From Macrostomum lignano (taxonomy: Eukaryota): DNA of 64,000 nucleotides. Every line of letters starts with the position of its first letter. Position 1 is the first letter of the stretch. The notes beneath the pieces are model-generated. The model saw only the letters and a list, made by a program, of their open reading frames with translations, was not told the DNA's origin and did not search any database. The stretch spans positions 1 to 64,000 of the forward strand of contig NIVC01000278.1 in the NCBI GenBank assembly GCA_002269645.1, read 5' to 3'. The position numbers and the translations under genes are program-made. Below, piece after piece: positions 37,130-49,183 of this stretch.

Positions 37130-37625
37130 CAACCCAACAGCATGTACAGACAGTTCAACAGCATTTACAGACAACCCAACAGCATGTACAGACAATCCAA
37201 CGGCATGCACAGACAATCCAACAGCATGTACAGACAATCCAACAGCATGTACAGACAATCCAACAGCATGTACAGACAATCCAACAGCATGTACAGACAA
37301 TCCAACAGCATGTACAGACAATTCAACAGCATGTACAGACAATCCAACAGCATGTACAGACAATCCAACAGCATGTACAGACAATCCAACAGCATGTACA
37401 GACAATTCAACAGCAGGTACAGACAATCCAACAGCATGTACAGACAATCCAACAGCATGTACAGACAATTCAACAGCATGTACAGACAATCCAACAGCAT
37501 GTACAGACAATCCAACGGCATGCACAGACAATCCAACAGCATGTACAGACAATCCAACGGCATGCACAGACAATCCAACGGCATGCACAGACAATCCAAC
37601 GGCATGCACAGACAATCCAACAGCA
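37130..37625. repeat. 21-bp minisatellite (CAACAGCATGTACAGACAATC) just 3' of the paralog 2 stop
   Basis: Visible unit; explains the VHAVGLS / QQHVQTI ORFs. Confidence 0.92.
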
Positions 37626-37751
37626 TGTGGAGGTGTTTTCATGCAGAACCAGCAGAATCCCATCAAGTCAGCATGCGCCAGAATAAACAGTTTGATTTAA
37701 AAGTCTAAAGTACATGAAATTTGTATCAGCATCGAACACTGCATCAGGCAG

Positions 37752-40700
37752 TCAGTCTGACTCAGCCTTCCTTTTCCGACCTCGACTTTGCGACGCGGCT
37801 TTGAGAACTCCGGCTGCATCAAGTATCTCCAGCTTTTCCCTGACCCAGCCGATCTTCTCCTCGTCCTGCGTCTCCATGGCGACGCGTCTCTCTTTCTCGA
37901 TCATCTCCATCTGCTGCAGGCTGAGCTCCACGTGCTCGCGGCAGTCGCTGTAGTGAGCCAGAGTGAGCAGCTCCTCCAAGTCCGGGTCTCCAAGCAGCTG
38001 TTCAATCCAATGATCGAATGCGATTGCAGGTGCGCGATTGCGGAGCAGCTCAGCTTGGAGACTCCAGCTCAGGCAGCGGAAGTTCACGTACAGGTGGGAG
38101 GAGAGAGGCTGCGACAGTCTGGCTGTGAACAGAGTCTGCGTGAACTCGGGAAGGAATGGGAAGCGAGGCGGAGAGTCGCAGGGGAGGCAGAACCTCCACG
38201 CCCAGTCTGAGTCTTCTGGCAGTTTTGGAATGTACCACTCTTCTCGAATATAATGTGGCTTCAACCCTGACTCAACCTGATGTCTCTGCAGCTCCATCGC
38301 GAGTCTCTCAGCCTCCTTAGATTCTCCGAACTTCAAATGCGCCATGGCGGTCATGCACAGGGCGGCGCACTTGCACCACTGCAGCCGATGATGATGCAGG
38401 AGACTGAGCTGCCTCATCAGGGTGTCTCTGTCGCTCGATTCAGACTGCAGCTCGCCCACACACTGGTGCAACAGACTGTACACGTCTGCGAACTTGTAGT
38501 GAATTTCTGGATAGCAATCACTTCCTTTCCTGATCTCCGTGACAGCAGGCGGCGCTGTCAGAGGGAGCAGAGTGAACGGGTGAAAGTAGAACTTCTCTGA
38601 CTGCAGAGGTCTCACGAGTCTCCTCAGCTGCTCGACCACTCCGCCGATGTCGCTTCTCAGCTCACAAAGTCGGTCTCGAACCCTCGCCTTCGTGTTGTCG
38701 AAGTCGCCGCCGATTCCAGCGTTCTTGAAGTAGAGCGGAGCGTCGGGCATGAAGAAGTGCGGCATGCACTCATCGGGCGAGCTGCTGCTCGAGTCGATGA
38801 AGCTCAGCATCATGTCGAGAGACTCGTTGAGCAGAGCGATCAGATTGTGGGGCTGCCAAGTTTCAATCGAAGGATCTGTGCCATGCTTCTCCAGCATGAA
38901 GAATAGCAGAGACTTTGCATGGTAGGTCTTGAGTCCAGGTGTGTCCAGAGTGAGCGGCAAGTGTCTCTTGAAGATGAACTTGATGAGTGTGAACAGCTGG
39001 CCCTGGACTGTGCTCAGCCGTCTCATGATGTCTTTTTCTTGGAAGCTGAAACTCACTCTGAGCTCGTTGGTCGAGCTCGGTCTGGTCGCTTGAACGAGGT
39101 GAACAAATCCAGGTAATTGAAAAAGTTTTTTAATTCTGTCCTCACAGAAACTGCTGCAGCAGTGGATCGCTTGGCACGTGTCCTGTGCAGGCCTCACACC
39201 GTATGCCGTGGCTGTCACTGCAGGTTGGCTGCCTGCAGAGCGCAGTGAGCAGAGATTCGCTTTGTGGCGAGTGAAAAACGTTGGTTGTTTTAAAACTGCT
39301 TGAATGTGTTAGTTGATTTCGTTCTGTTTTTGTGTCAGTGCTACTACTGTAATTAATGAATAAAGCTATGTATTCGTTGAAATGCTAATTGCTTCATGGA
39401 GTTCATGGTAAAAAATCTTTCTTAGTATATTGGATTTTACTTTCTTTCAGATCAGGATTTAACAACTTGCGTATTTTAAGAGTTTTTATACTGTGTGCAT
39501 ACCATTCCTAAATAATTATTTGATATAACCTCCGAAATGCTGAGGCGGTGCAATTGCAAGAATTTCAATTTAATGCGAAATGAGTGCTGAATCGCATTTT
39601 AGAACGGACTCAAACTCCGGTTGAACTTGTGAACTCTGAAGTTCAAGCACTCCGTATCGAATAAAAATTGAACAGAGTTTTGGACTTTGATAGTGAGCCC
39701 AGCGTCACTGACCTGCTCCGACTGGCACCTGTGCGTGGCCCTCATTGACCTGCAGCGGAGTGGCGTCTTTGCATGAATCCTGCCGACTCTTTCGTCCATT
39801 GCAGCCACCTTCCAGATGGAACTGCTGCCCAGGAACCAGCACAGTCCAGTCAATGTCCGAGTCTGCAGCTGTCCTGCCGTTCACTTGCACCAGACTGTTG
39901 GCCCAGCCCTCTGCGTAGCTGCCCGTCATCTGCCTGCGATAGTCATCCTGTGTGAGGACTCGAGCGACTTCTTCCAGCCAGTTAGCCAGTCTCTGCTGAC
40001 ACTTTGCTCTCTGCTCGGTGAATCCCGCCTCGCTGAGCAGTCGATGCAGCTCCTCGTCTGAGAGTCTGGAAGGATGCGAGTTTGTGGAGCAGGAGAGGTC
40101 AGAGTGCAGGTGCAGTCAGTGGAGGCGGATTTAAAAATTGCAGTGGCCCAATCTCAATCCAAGGAAGGCAGGGGGCAGTGAAAGCGGTCAGACTCACGGG
40201 TGGAGGCGGTGAGCAACTAGTTGTGGGTGCTGTGTGTTTCTGGAATGTGTGAAAGATTTGCGAGGTAATGTAGCGAAGTGATTGCAAGTAGAGAGACAAA
40301 TGGCAACTGACTCGGTGGGATTTAGCAGCCGCAGCACCTGCCGCTGCTCAAATCGCTGTGCCACCTGCGCACACGTGAGACCCTGATTGTCTCGATGACT
40401 GGCATCGGCTCCATTGTCAATAAGAATCTTGGCTGCTCGAACGTGACCGGCTTGGCACGCTCGTGACAGAGCAGTCCGACCCTGACTGTCTTCAGCACGC
40501 ACTGACGCACCGAGATCGATGAGTTTGTGAATGAGTTCGTGATGACCTGCATCAGCTGCGAGCATGAGAGCAGTGGCTCCTGTGTTGTCGTCTGAGAGAT
40601 CGACATGCTGTCTGCTGAATTGCTCATGATTGAGCAGCGTGACAGCAAGAGCGACGTGTCTTTGAGAGATTGAGAGACGGAGCAGCTGTGTGATTTGAGC

Positions 40701-43700
40701 TGGCTGCATTTGAGAGAGGGTTTTGTTGAGAACGGAGTTTCTGCCTTCGATGGCCATTGCTGCAGTGAAGCTGAGGATGGTGCTGGATTGGAAGAGCCAC
40801 TCGGGCTCAAGGCGGAGAGAAGCAACGACATTTTCCTGAAGACGAGAGCAAGCTGCGACTACGTACTGGAAACGGAGATTCGCTTTTAGATCTGGACTTG
40901 AGAGACACGCGATGAGCAACTTGACGATTTCAAAGTGACCATTGTCTACAGCATATTCGGCAGCTTTGATGCAGCAGGTGTCCCTGTTTGATTGGTCATT
41001 GATTTGTGGGACGAGAAACTCGACGATCTCAAAGTGACCATATTCTGCAGCTTTTTCGGCAGCACTGATGCAGCAGGTGTCTCTGTTTGATTGGTCACTG
41101 ATTAGTGGGACGAGAAACTGGACGGTTTGAAAGTGACCACGGAGTGCAGCAGATTCAGCAGCTTTGATGCAGCAGGTGTCCCTGTTTGATTGGTTATTGA
41201 TTTGTGAGAGGAGAAACTCTGCGATTTCAAAGTGACCCTTGACTGCAGCTTTTTCGGCAGCATTGATGCAGCAGGTGTCCCTGCTTGATTGGTCATTGAT
41301 TTGTGGGACGAGAAACTTGACGATTTCAAAGTGACCACGAATTGCAGCATATTCGGCAGCTTTGATGCAGCAAGTGTCCCTGTTTGATTGGTCATTGATT
41401 TGTTGGACGAGAAACTTGACGATTTCAAAGTGACCACGAATTGCAGCATATTCGGCAGCTTTGATGCAGCAGGTGTCCCTGTTTGATTGGTCATTGATTT
41501 GTTGGACGAGGAAATTGACGATTTCAAAGTGAACACTGTCTGCAGCTTCTTCGACAGCTTTGATGCAGCAGGTGTCCCCGTTTGATTGGTCATTGATTTG
41601 TTGGACGGGAAACTTGAAGAATTCAAAGTGATCATTGTCTGCAGCTTTTTCGGCAGCTTTGATACAGCAGGTGTCCCTGTTTGATTGGTCATTGATTTGT
41701 GGGACGAGAAACTTGACGATTTCAAAGTGACCACGGAGTGCAGCTTCTTCGGCAGCTTTGATGCAGCAGGTGTCCCTGTTTGATTGGTCATTGATTTGTG
41801 GGACGAGAAACTTGACGATTTCAAAGTGACCACGAATTGCAGCTTTTTCGGCAGCTTTGATGCAGCAGGTGTCCCTGTTTGATTGGTCATTGATTTGTGG
41901 GACGAGAAACTTGACGATTTCAAAGTGACCACTGTTTGCAGCTTTTTCGGCAGCTTTGATGCAGCAGGTGTCCCTGTTTGATTGGTCATTGATTTGTGAG
42001 ACGAGAAACTCAACGATTTCAAAGTGACCATTGTCTGCAGCATTTTCGGCAGCTTTGATGCAGCAGGTGTCCCTGTTTGATTGGTCATTGATTTGTGAGA
42101 CGAGAAACTCAACGATTTCAAAGTGACCATTGTCTGCAGCATTTTCGGCAGCTTTAATGCAGCAGGTGTCCCTGTTTGATTGGTCATTGATTTGTGGGAC
42201 GAGAAACTTGATGATTTCAAAGTGACCACGAATTGCACCATTTTCGGCAGCTTTGATGCAGCAGGTGTCCCTGTTTGATTGATCATTGATTTGTGGGACG
42301 AGAAACTTGATGATTTCAAAGTGACCACGAATTGCACCATTTTCGGCAGCTTTGATGCAGCAGGTGTCCCTGTTCGATTGGTCATTGATTTGTGGGACAA
42401 GAAATTTGACGATTTCAAAGTGACCACGAATTGCAGCTTTTTCGGCAGCTTTGATGCAGCAGGTGTCCCTGTTTGATTGGTCATTGATTTGTGGGACGAG
42501 AAACTTGACGATTTCAAAGTGACCACTGTTTGCAGCTTTTTCGGCAGCTTTGATGCAGCAGGTGTCCCTGTTTGATTGGTCATTGATTTGTGAGACGAGA
42601 AACTCAACGATTTCAAAGTGACCATTGTCTGCAGCATTTTCGGCAGCTTTGATGCAGCAGGTGTCCCTGTTTGATTGGTCATTGATTTGTGGGACGAGAA
42701 ACTTGATGATTTCAAAGTGACCACGAATTGCAGCTTTTTCGGCAGCTTTGATGCAGCAGGTGTCCCTGTTTGATTGGTCATTGATTTGTGGGACGAGAAA
42801 CTTGACGATTTCAAAGTGACCACGAATTGCACCATTTTCGGCAGCTTTGATGCAGCAGGTGTCCCTGTTTGATTGATCATTGATTTGTGGGACGAGAAAC
42901 TTGATGATTTCAAAGTGACCACGAATTGCACCATTTTCGGCAGCTTTGATGCAGCAGGTGTCCCTGTTTGATTGATCATTGATTTGTGGGACGAGAAACT
43001 TGATGATTTCAAAGTGACCACGAATTGCACCATTTTCGGCAGCTTTGATGCAGCAGGTGTCCCTGTTCGATTGATCATTGATTTGTGGGACGAGAAACTT
43101 GATGATTTCAAAGTGACCACGAATTGCACAATTTTCGGCAGCTTTGATGCAGCAGGTGTCCCTGTTTGATTGATCATTGATTTGTGGGACGAGAAACTTG
43201 ATGATTTCAAAGTGACCACGAATTGCACCATTTTCGGCAGCTTTGATGCAGCAGGTGTCCCTGTTCGATTGGTCATTGATTTGTGGGACAAGAAATTTGA
43301 CGATTTCAAAGTGACCACGAATTGCAGCTTTTTCGGCAGCTTTGATGCAGCAGGTGTCCCTGTTCGATTGGTCATTGATTTGTGGGACGAGAAACTTGAC
43401 GATTTCAAAGTGACCACTGTTTGCAGCTTTTTCGGCAGCTTTGATGCAGCAGGTGTCCCTGTTTGATTGGTCATTGATTTGTGGGACGAGAAACTTGACG
43501 ATTTCAGAGTGACCACTGTTTGCAGCTTTTTCGGCAGCTTTGATGCAGCAGGTGTCCCTGTTTGATTGGTCATTGATTTGTGGGACGAGAAACTTGACGT
43601 CTTCAAAGTGACCATTGAGTGCAGCAGTGCAAGTGGCCTGGAGGAAGTCGCTGAAGTACCCATGGTTTGCAGCGCGTCGAGCAGTTTGAGTGATGTTGCC

Positions 43701-43739
43701 GGTAGTGACGGGCTGATGCAGACTTTTATTTTGGCTCAT
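37752..43739 (-). CDS. Ankyrin-array cGAS-like receptor (Mab-21 family NTase), paralog 2, complete: exons 43739-40312, 40239-40198, 40065-39713, 39232-37752 (about 1767 aa)
   Basis: All junctions are GT/AG and phase-compatible (2,2,1). NTase GS...DSDID plus a probable third acid in PAQDTCQAI. Mab-21 motifs LRVSFSFQEK, KTYHAKSLLF, MPHFFMP. The track ORF start at 43910 is intronic polypyrimidine tract; the true ATG (MSQNK) follows an acceptor at 43744. Confidence 0.85.
40910..43620 (-). repeat. Coding 99-bp/33-aa ankyrin-like repeat array, about 27 units
   Basis: Consensus xxGHFEIVKFLVPQINDQSNRDTCCIKAAExAA. Confidence 0.95.
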
Positions 43740-44189
43740 TTTTCTGGAAAGCGGTGTAGGATGAGAAATGGTAAGAGTGGGATAAGAATTAAGGAGAAAG
43801 AGAGGAAGGGAGAAAGAGGGGGACTGAGTGAGAAAGAGAGACGAGGCTGGGAGAAAGAGGGGACAGAAGGAAAAAGAGAGGATGGGAGGAAGAGGCAGAG
43901 TGAGAAGCAAGGGAGGGAGGGAAATAGAGAGGAAGGAGTGGGAGTGAGAAAGCGGGGAGGGGAAAAGAGGGGCATGAAAGGAGAAGAGGGGAGGGTGAAG
44001 GAAGGGACGGAGGGAGAAAGAGGGGGTGAGTCTGTTAGATGAAGAGATTGTAGCGGTTCCAAGACCTTCTCTGGGTGTCTGAGTGAAAATTCTGAGTTAA
44101 TTTCTCATGATTCTCATCGAAAATACGAGTGATTTTGTAGGTATAGGTCAAGGTAATCTTTGTCCTGTACAGTTCTGTAGTTGAGACTG

Positions 44190-44930
44190 AGAGCAAAGTG
44201 AAGGTAATTCTGTCCTAGTTGGGAGCAAAGTGAAGGTAATTCTGTCCTAGTTGGGAGCAAAGTGAAGGTAATTCCGTTCTAGTTGGGAGCAAAGTGAAGG
44301 TAATTCTGTCCTAGTTGGGAGCAAAGTGAAGGTAATTCCGTTCTAGTTGGGAGCAAAGTGAAGGTAATTCTATCGTAGTTGGGAGCAAAGTGAAGGTAAT
44401 TCCGTTCTAGTTGGGAGCAAAGTGAAGGTAATTCTATCGTAGTTGGGAGCAAAGTGAAGGTAATTCCGTTCTAGTTGGGAGCAAAGTGAAGGTAATTCCG
44501 TTCTAGTTGGGAGCAATGTGAAGGTAATTCTATCCTAGTTGGGAGCAAAGTGACGGTAATTCCGTTCTAGTTGGGAGCAAAGTGAAGGTAATTCTATCCT
44601 AGTTGGGAGCAAAGTGAAGGTAATTCTATCCTAGTTGGGAGCAAAGTGAAGGTAATTCCGTTCTAGTTGGGAGCAAAGTGAAGGTAATTCTATCCTAGTT
44701 GGGAGCAAAGTGAAGGTAATTCCGTTCTAGTTGGGAGCAAAGTGAAGGTAATTCTATCCTAGTTGGGAGCAAAGTGAAGGTAATTCTGTCCTAGTTGGGA
44801 GCAAAGTGAAGGTAATTCTATCCTAGTTGGGAGCAAAGTGAAGGTAATTCTATCCTAGTTGGGAGCAAAGTGAAGGTAATTCCGTTCTAGTTGGGAGCAA
44901 AGTGAAGGTAATTCTATCCTAGTTGGGAGC
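44190..44930. repeat. 32-bp minisatellite (GGGAGCAAAGTGAAGGTAATTCTGTCCTAGTT), with a single inverted copy at about 45325-45352
   Basis: About 23 visible copies. The reverse complement AGAATTACCTTCACTTTGCTCCCAA lies downstream. Confidence 0.92.
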
Positions 44931-45520
44931 AGCAACTACAGGCGGCGTAGAAAATTTTAAGAAAAATAGTCTAGTTTGAACCAAAAGTGGTAAAAGTAAG
45001 CGAAATGGGGCACCGCTATATTCTGTAGATGCTTGAGCCTTCGTCGCTCAGTCTCTAAGATTCTTGTGTGCGGCATGCTTTTTCCGACTTTGGGTCAGAC
45101 AGATATTCAATCGTTGCCACATTTCGCTTACTTTTACCACTTTTTGTTTTGATGTTTTGATGCTATCACCTTAAACAGCTATTTTTATAAGTCTAAAGCT
45201 CACACCCAAGCCACAGAAAAATGCCACATTTGAAATTAATTTTGTCATATTCGGGCTTGAAAGGGTTTACTTTTTATAGAGCACACCCACTAGCTTTGTT
45301 AGTAGTAAGGACGTTGAGAATTGAACAGAATTACCTTCACTTTGCTCCCAATTTTGCTCACGTTGCCATGTAGTCCTGTACGCTTCATGCTATTGCCTGT
45401 GCGAAAGAGGGGAAGGGAGAGGGAGGGCGGGAGGGAGAAGGAGAGGAGGGAGCAGAAATGCAGCTGAAGAATTTTTAAATGAATTTTAAAGTGACTATGA
45501 ATCTTACCTGTGATCTTTGG

Positions 45521-45732
45521 CTGCTGTCAGAGTAGCAGCTGTCAGTCACCGGTGCTTCTCCTGTCTGCTGTCAGAGTAGCAGCTGTCAGTCACCGGTGCT
45601 TCTCCTGTCTGCTGTCAGAGTAGCAGCTGTCAGTCACCGGTGCTTCTCCTGTCTGCTGTCAGAGTAGCAGCTGTCAGTCACCGGTGCTTCTCCTGTCTGC
45701 TGTCAGAGTAGCAGCTGTCAGTCACCGGTGCT
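45521..45732. repeat. 44-bp tandem repeat (about 5 copies) in the putative first exon/promoter of paralog 2
   Basis: Units start at 45521, 45565, 45609, 45653 and 45697. A single copy of the motif lies in the paralog 1 homologous region. Confidence 0.9.
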
Positions 45733-46059
45733 GTCTGCACGGTCAGGCAGTCTAAAATTCAGATTTTGCTGAAATTTTCAACCTGTTTGCTTACCGCCTG
45801 CCCCAGCAATGCTTATCTGTGCCTCACTCGGCAGCTGTTCGCACAGCGACATTCCACTTTGACATCAGCTCGGCTGCTGTCTTATCCAAAGAGACCTGAA
45901 ACCACAGATGCGGGCTGCCCACAGCCTGCCTGCTTCAGCCACTGAGATTTTTATCAACTGGGGTTGGCGAAACGTTTTGAGGCTTCGGCTGTAGTTGGAA
46001 CGCCTGCGGCTTGGTGCGGATGCAGTGAGAGAGGCAGATTGTCATTGGGGCTGCTGTGG

Positions 46060-46700
46060 TTCTGGGGTATGTGCAGCTGTATTGGGGTACATGCAGGCGT
46101 ATTTGGGTATGTGCAGGTGTATTCGGGTATGTGCAGGCCGTATTGGGGTGCATGAAGGTGTATTCAGTTATGTGCGAGTTTAGTGGGTATGTGCAGGTGT
46201 ATTAGGGTATGTGCAGGTGTATTGGGGTATGTGCAGGTGTATTGGGTGCATGCAGGTGTATTGGGGTATGTGCAGGTGTATTGGGGTATGTGCATGTGTA
46301 TTGGGTGCATGCAGGTGTATTGGGGTATGTGCAGGTGTATTGGGATATGTGCAGGTGTATTGGGTGCATGCAGGTTTATTGAGGTATATGCAGGTGTATT
46401 GGGTGCATTGAGGTGTATTCGGGTATGTGCAGGTGTATTGGGGTATGTGCAGGTGTATTGGGGTATGTGCAGGTGTATTGGGGTACATGCAGGTGTATTG
46501 GGGTATGTGCATGTGTATTGGGGTATGTGCAGGTGTATTGGGGTATGTGCAGGTGTATTGGGGTATGTGCATGTGTATTGGGGTATGTGCAGGTGTATTG
46601 GGGTATGTGCAGGTATATTGGGGTATGTGCAGGTGTATTGGGGTATGTGCAGGTATATTGGGGTGCATATTGGGGTGCATATTGGGGTGCATGCAGGTGC
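46060..46700. repeat. About 20-bp minisatellite (GGTGTATTGGGGTATGTGCA)
   Basis: Visible unit; explains the many overlapping ORFs. Confidence 0.92.
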
Positions 46701-47359
46701 ACACACCAACCCCCAAATAAATCGCAGAGTTGCGGGGCCGCGAGAGACTCACCGGTGCTCGTAGGCGGGGCTTCAGGCGGCAGCAGTGCAGGGCGGACCG
46801 ACTGACTCCGCAATATTCGCGGGCTGCAAGGAGATGGCTGCCCTGGCATTTAAGCAGTGGCTGTCAGAGGTGCAGAGGCTGGGGTAAACATTCATCTGTA
46901 ACTGCTAGCTTGCCGCCTTTGGCTGCACGGAGGCCGGCAATATCACATGACACATCACATGACATCAGCAGCAACGTGCATTTCCAACTTAGCTGCAGCC
47001 TGATGAGAATCGCAGCTGTTTATCCAGCGCAGTTCAGCCCGTCACTGGCCATGGTGAAGATTGCTATCGCCATGGCAGCGGTGCACAGGAGCGATCTGGT
47101 ATGCAGCACTCTCGAGTCCATCTGCATCAACAAGCACAGCTGACGCTTGCCAAGTCGGATGGCTCAGTTGCTAAGCAGCGGTGCTGGGCATCTGCTGAGG
47201 AGCTGTGAGTTGAGGGCACTGCGCTGCACTTTGGATTGCGCAGGCCAAGTTTTGCTGGATTCGGTTGGAGCGGCTCTGTGGGTCCGGGATGAACCTGTGC
47301 TGACTTCGAGTTGCAACAGCAGATGGTGCGAGTTTTTGCCTGTGGCATTTCTTTGTGAG

Positions 47360-47575
47360 GCTGTCCAGGGAGCAGTGTGAGGCTGTGCAGGGAGCAGTGA
47401 GAGGCTGTGCAGGGAGCAGTATGAGGCTGTGCAGGGAGCAGTGTGAGGCTGTGCAGGGAGCAGTGTGAGGCTGTGCAGGGAGCAGTGTGAGGCTGTGCAG
47501 GGAGCAGTGTGAGGCTGTGCAGGGAGCAGTGTGAGGCTGTGCAGGGAGCAGTGTGAGGCTGTGCAGGAGAAGGTG
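47360..47575. repeat. 22-bp minisatellite (CAGTGTGAGGCTGTGCAGGGAG)
   Basis: Visible unit. Confidence 0.9.
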
Positions 47576-47654
47576 TGAGGCCAGACTAGACTTTTGACTG
47601 CTTTTTATTGCATGCACTTGATCTGTGGCAGTCAAATTGCCGGCCTACTCATAC

Positions 47655-48140
47655 CGACACTGGGGGAGGAGAAGAGACATGCACTGGGGGAGGAGAAGAG
47701 ACATGCACTGGGGGAGGAGAAGAGACATGCACTGGGGGAGGAGAAGAGACATGCACTGGGGGAGGAGAAGAGACATGCACTGGGGGAGGAGAAGAGACAT
47801 GCACTGGGGGAGGAGAAGAGACATGCACTGGGGGAGGAGAAGAGACATGCACTGGGGGAGGAGAAGAGACATGCACTGGGGGAGGAGAAGAGACATGCAC
47901 TGGGGGAGGAGAAGAGACATGCACTGGGGGAGGAGAAGAGACATGCACTGGGGGAGGAGAAGAGACATGCACTGGGGGAGGAGAAGAGACATGCACTGGG
48001 GAGGAGAAGAGACATGCACTGGGGGAGGAGAAGAGACATGCACTGGGGGAGGAGAAGAGACATGCACTGGGGGAGGAGAAGAGACATGCACTGAGGGAGG
48101 AGAAAAGACATGCACTGGGGGAGGAGAAAAGACACTGGGA
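47655..48140. repeat. 24-bp minisatellite (ACTGGGGGAGGAGAAGAGACATGC), related to the 21-bp array at 26370
   Basis: Visible unit; shares the GACA..CTGGGGGAGGAGA core. Confidence 0.92.
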
Positions 48141-48402
48141 GCTGGGGGAGGAGAGAGAGACACTAGGGGAGGAGAGGGAGACAGTGGAGAGAAAAGAGCT
48201 ACAAAGTAGATGCGCATTGCAAAGTCGAACTTGGCCAGTTTGCCACATGATTGAAAATATTTCCATGTATTTTTAGCTCTGAGCCGCCCAGTCAAAGCTC
48301 AAGCGTTATTCAACGTGAGAAAAGCAGAAGACAGTCATAAAATTCCGGAAGCAGAAATTAAATTCCAAGACTTTCACCAGAGGCAAAAATTCTTCAGAGG
48401 CG

Positions 48403-48742
48403 TCACATGAGGCTGGCGTAGCGACTGCCACACTGAACGTCCAGCGCTTGGCAGGCCTCGCAGTTGGGGCCATCGATGGGGCCGCAGTAGGCGATGCTGT
48501 CACCGCTGCCACCGAGCTCTGCGAGTCCCATGATGGCCGCGCAGTAGAAATGCCCGTTCTCCGAGCTCAGGGAGGCGACTCGGCCGAACTTGTTCACCAG
48601 ACTGTTGCCATGCGTTACTTGGAAATTCGCCAGGTCAATTGTCATGCAGTGGACACAGTTGCAACCGTCCTGGGATGAATGAGATGGGGGAGAGAGACTG
48701 TGAGACAGACAGATAGACAGACAGACAGACAGACAGGCAAGC

Positions 48743-48779
<37 letters not shown>

Positions 48780-48828
48780 GGCAAGCAGACAGACAGACAC
48801 ACAGACAGACAGACAGACAGACAGACCC

Positions 48829-48915
<87 letters not shown>

Positions 48916-48916
48916 C

Positions 48917-49003
<87 letters not shown>

Positions 49004-49056
49004 CACAGACACACAGACACACAGACAGACAGACAGACAGACAGACACACAGACAC

Positions 49057-49095
<39 letters not shown>

Positions 49096-49104
49096 CACAG
49101 ACAC

Positions 49105-49183
<79 letters not shown>

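Noticed and set aside
41102-43663. 853-aa alternative-frame ORF overlapping the ankyrin array
   Set aside because: By-product of a 99-bp repeat lacking stops in that frame; Ser/Thr/Lys low-information product. The paralog 1 array has no equivalent long ORF in the track.
43740-43910. N-terminal 57-aa extension (MLLTLPLPP...) of the 1238-aa ORF
   Set aside because: Translates an intronic polypyrimidine tract. An acceptor at 43744 precedes the ATG homologous to the paralog 1 start.
45935-48295. Numerous overlapping 130-220 aa ORFs
   Set aside because: All derive from 20-, 22- and 24-bp minisatellites.
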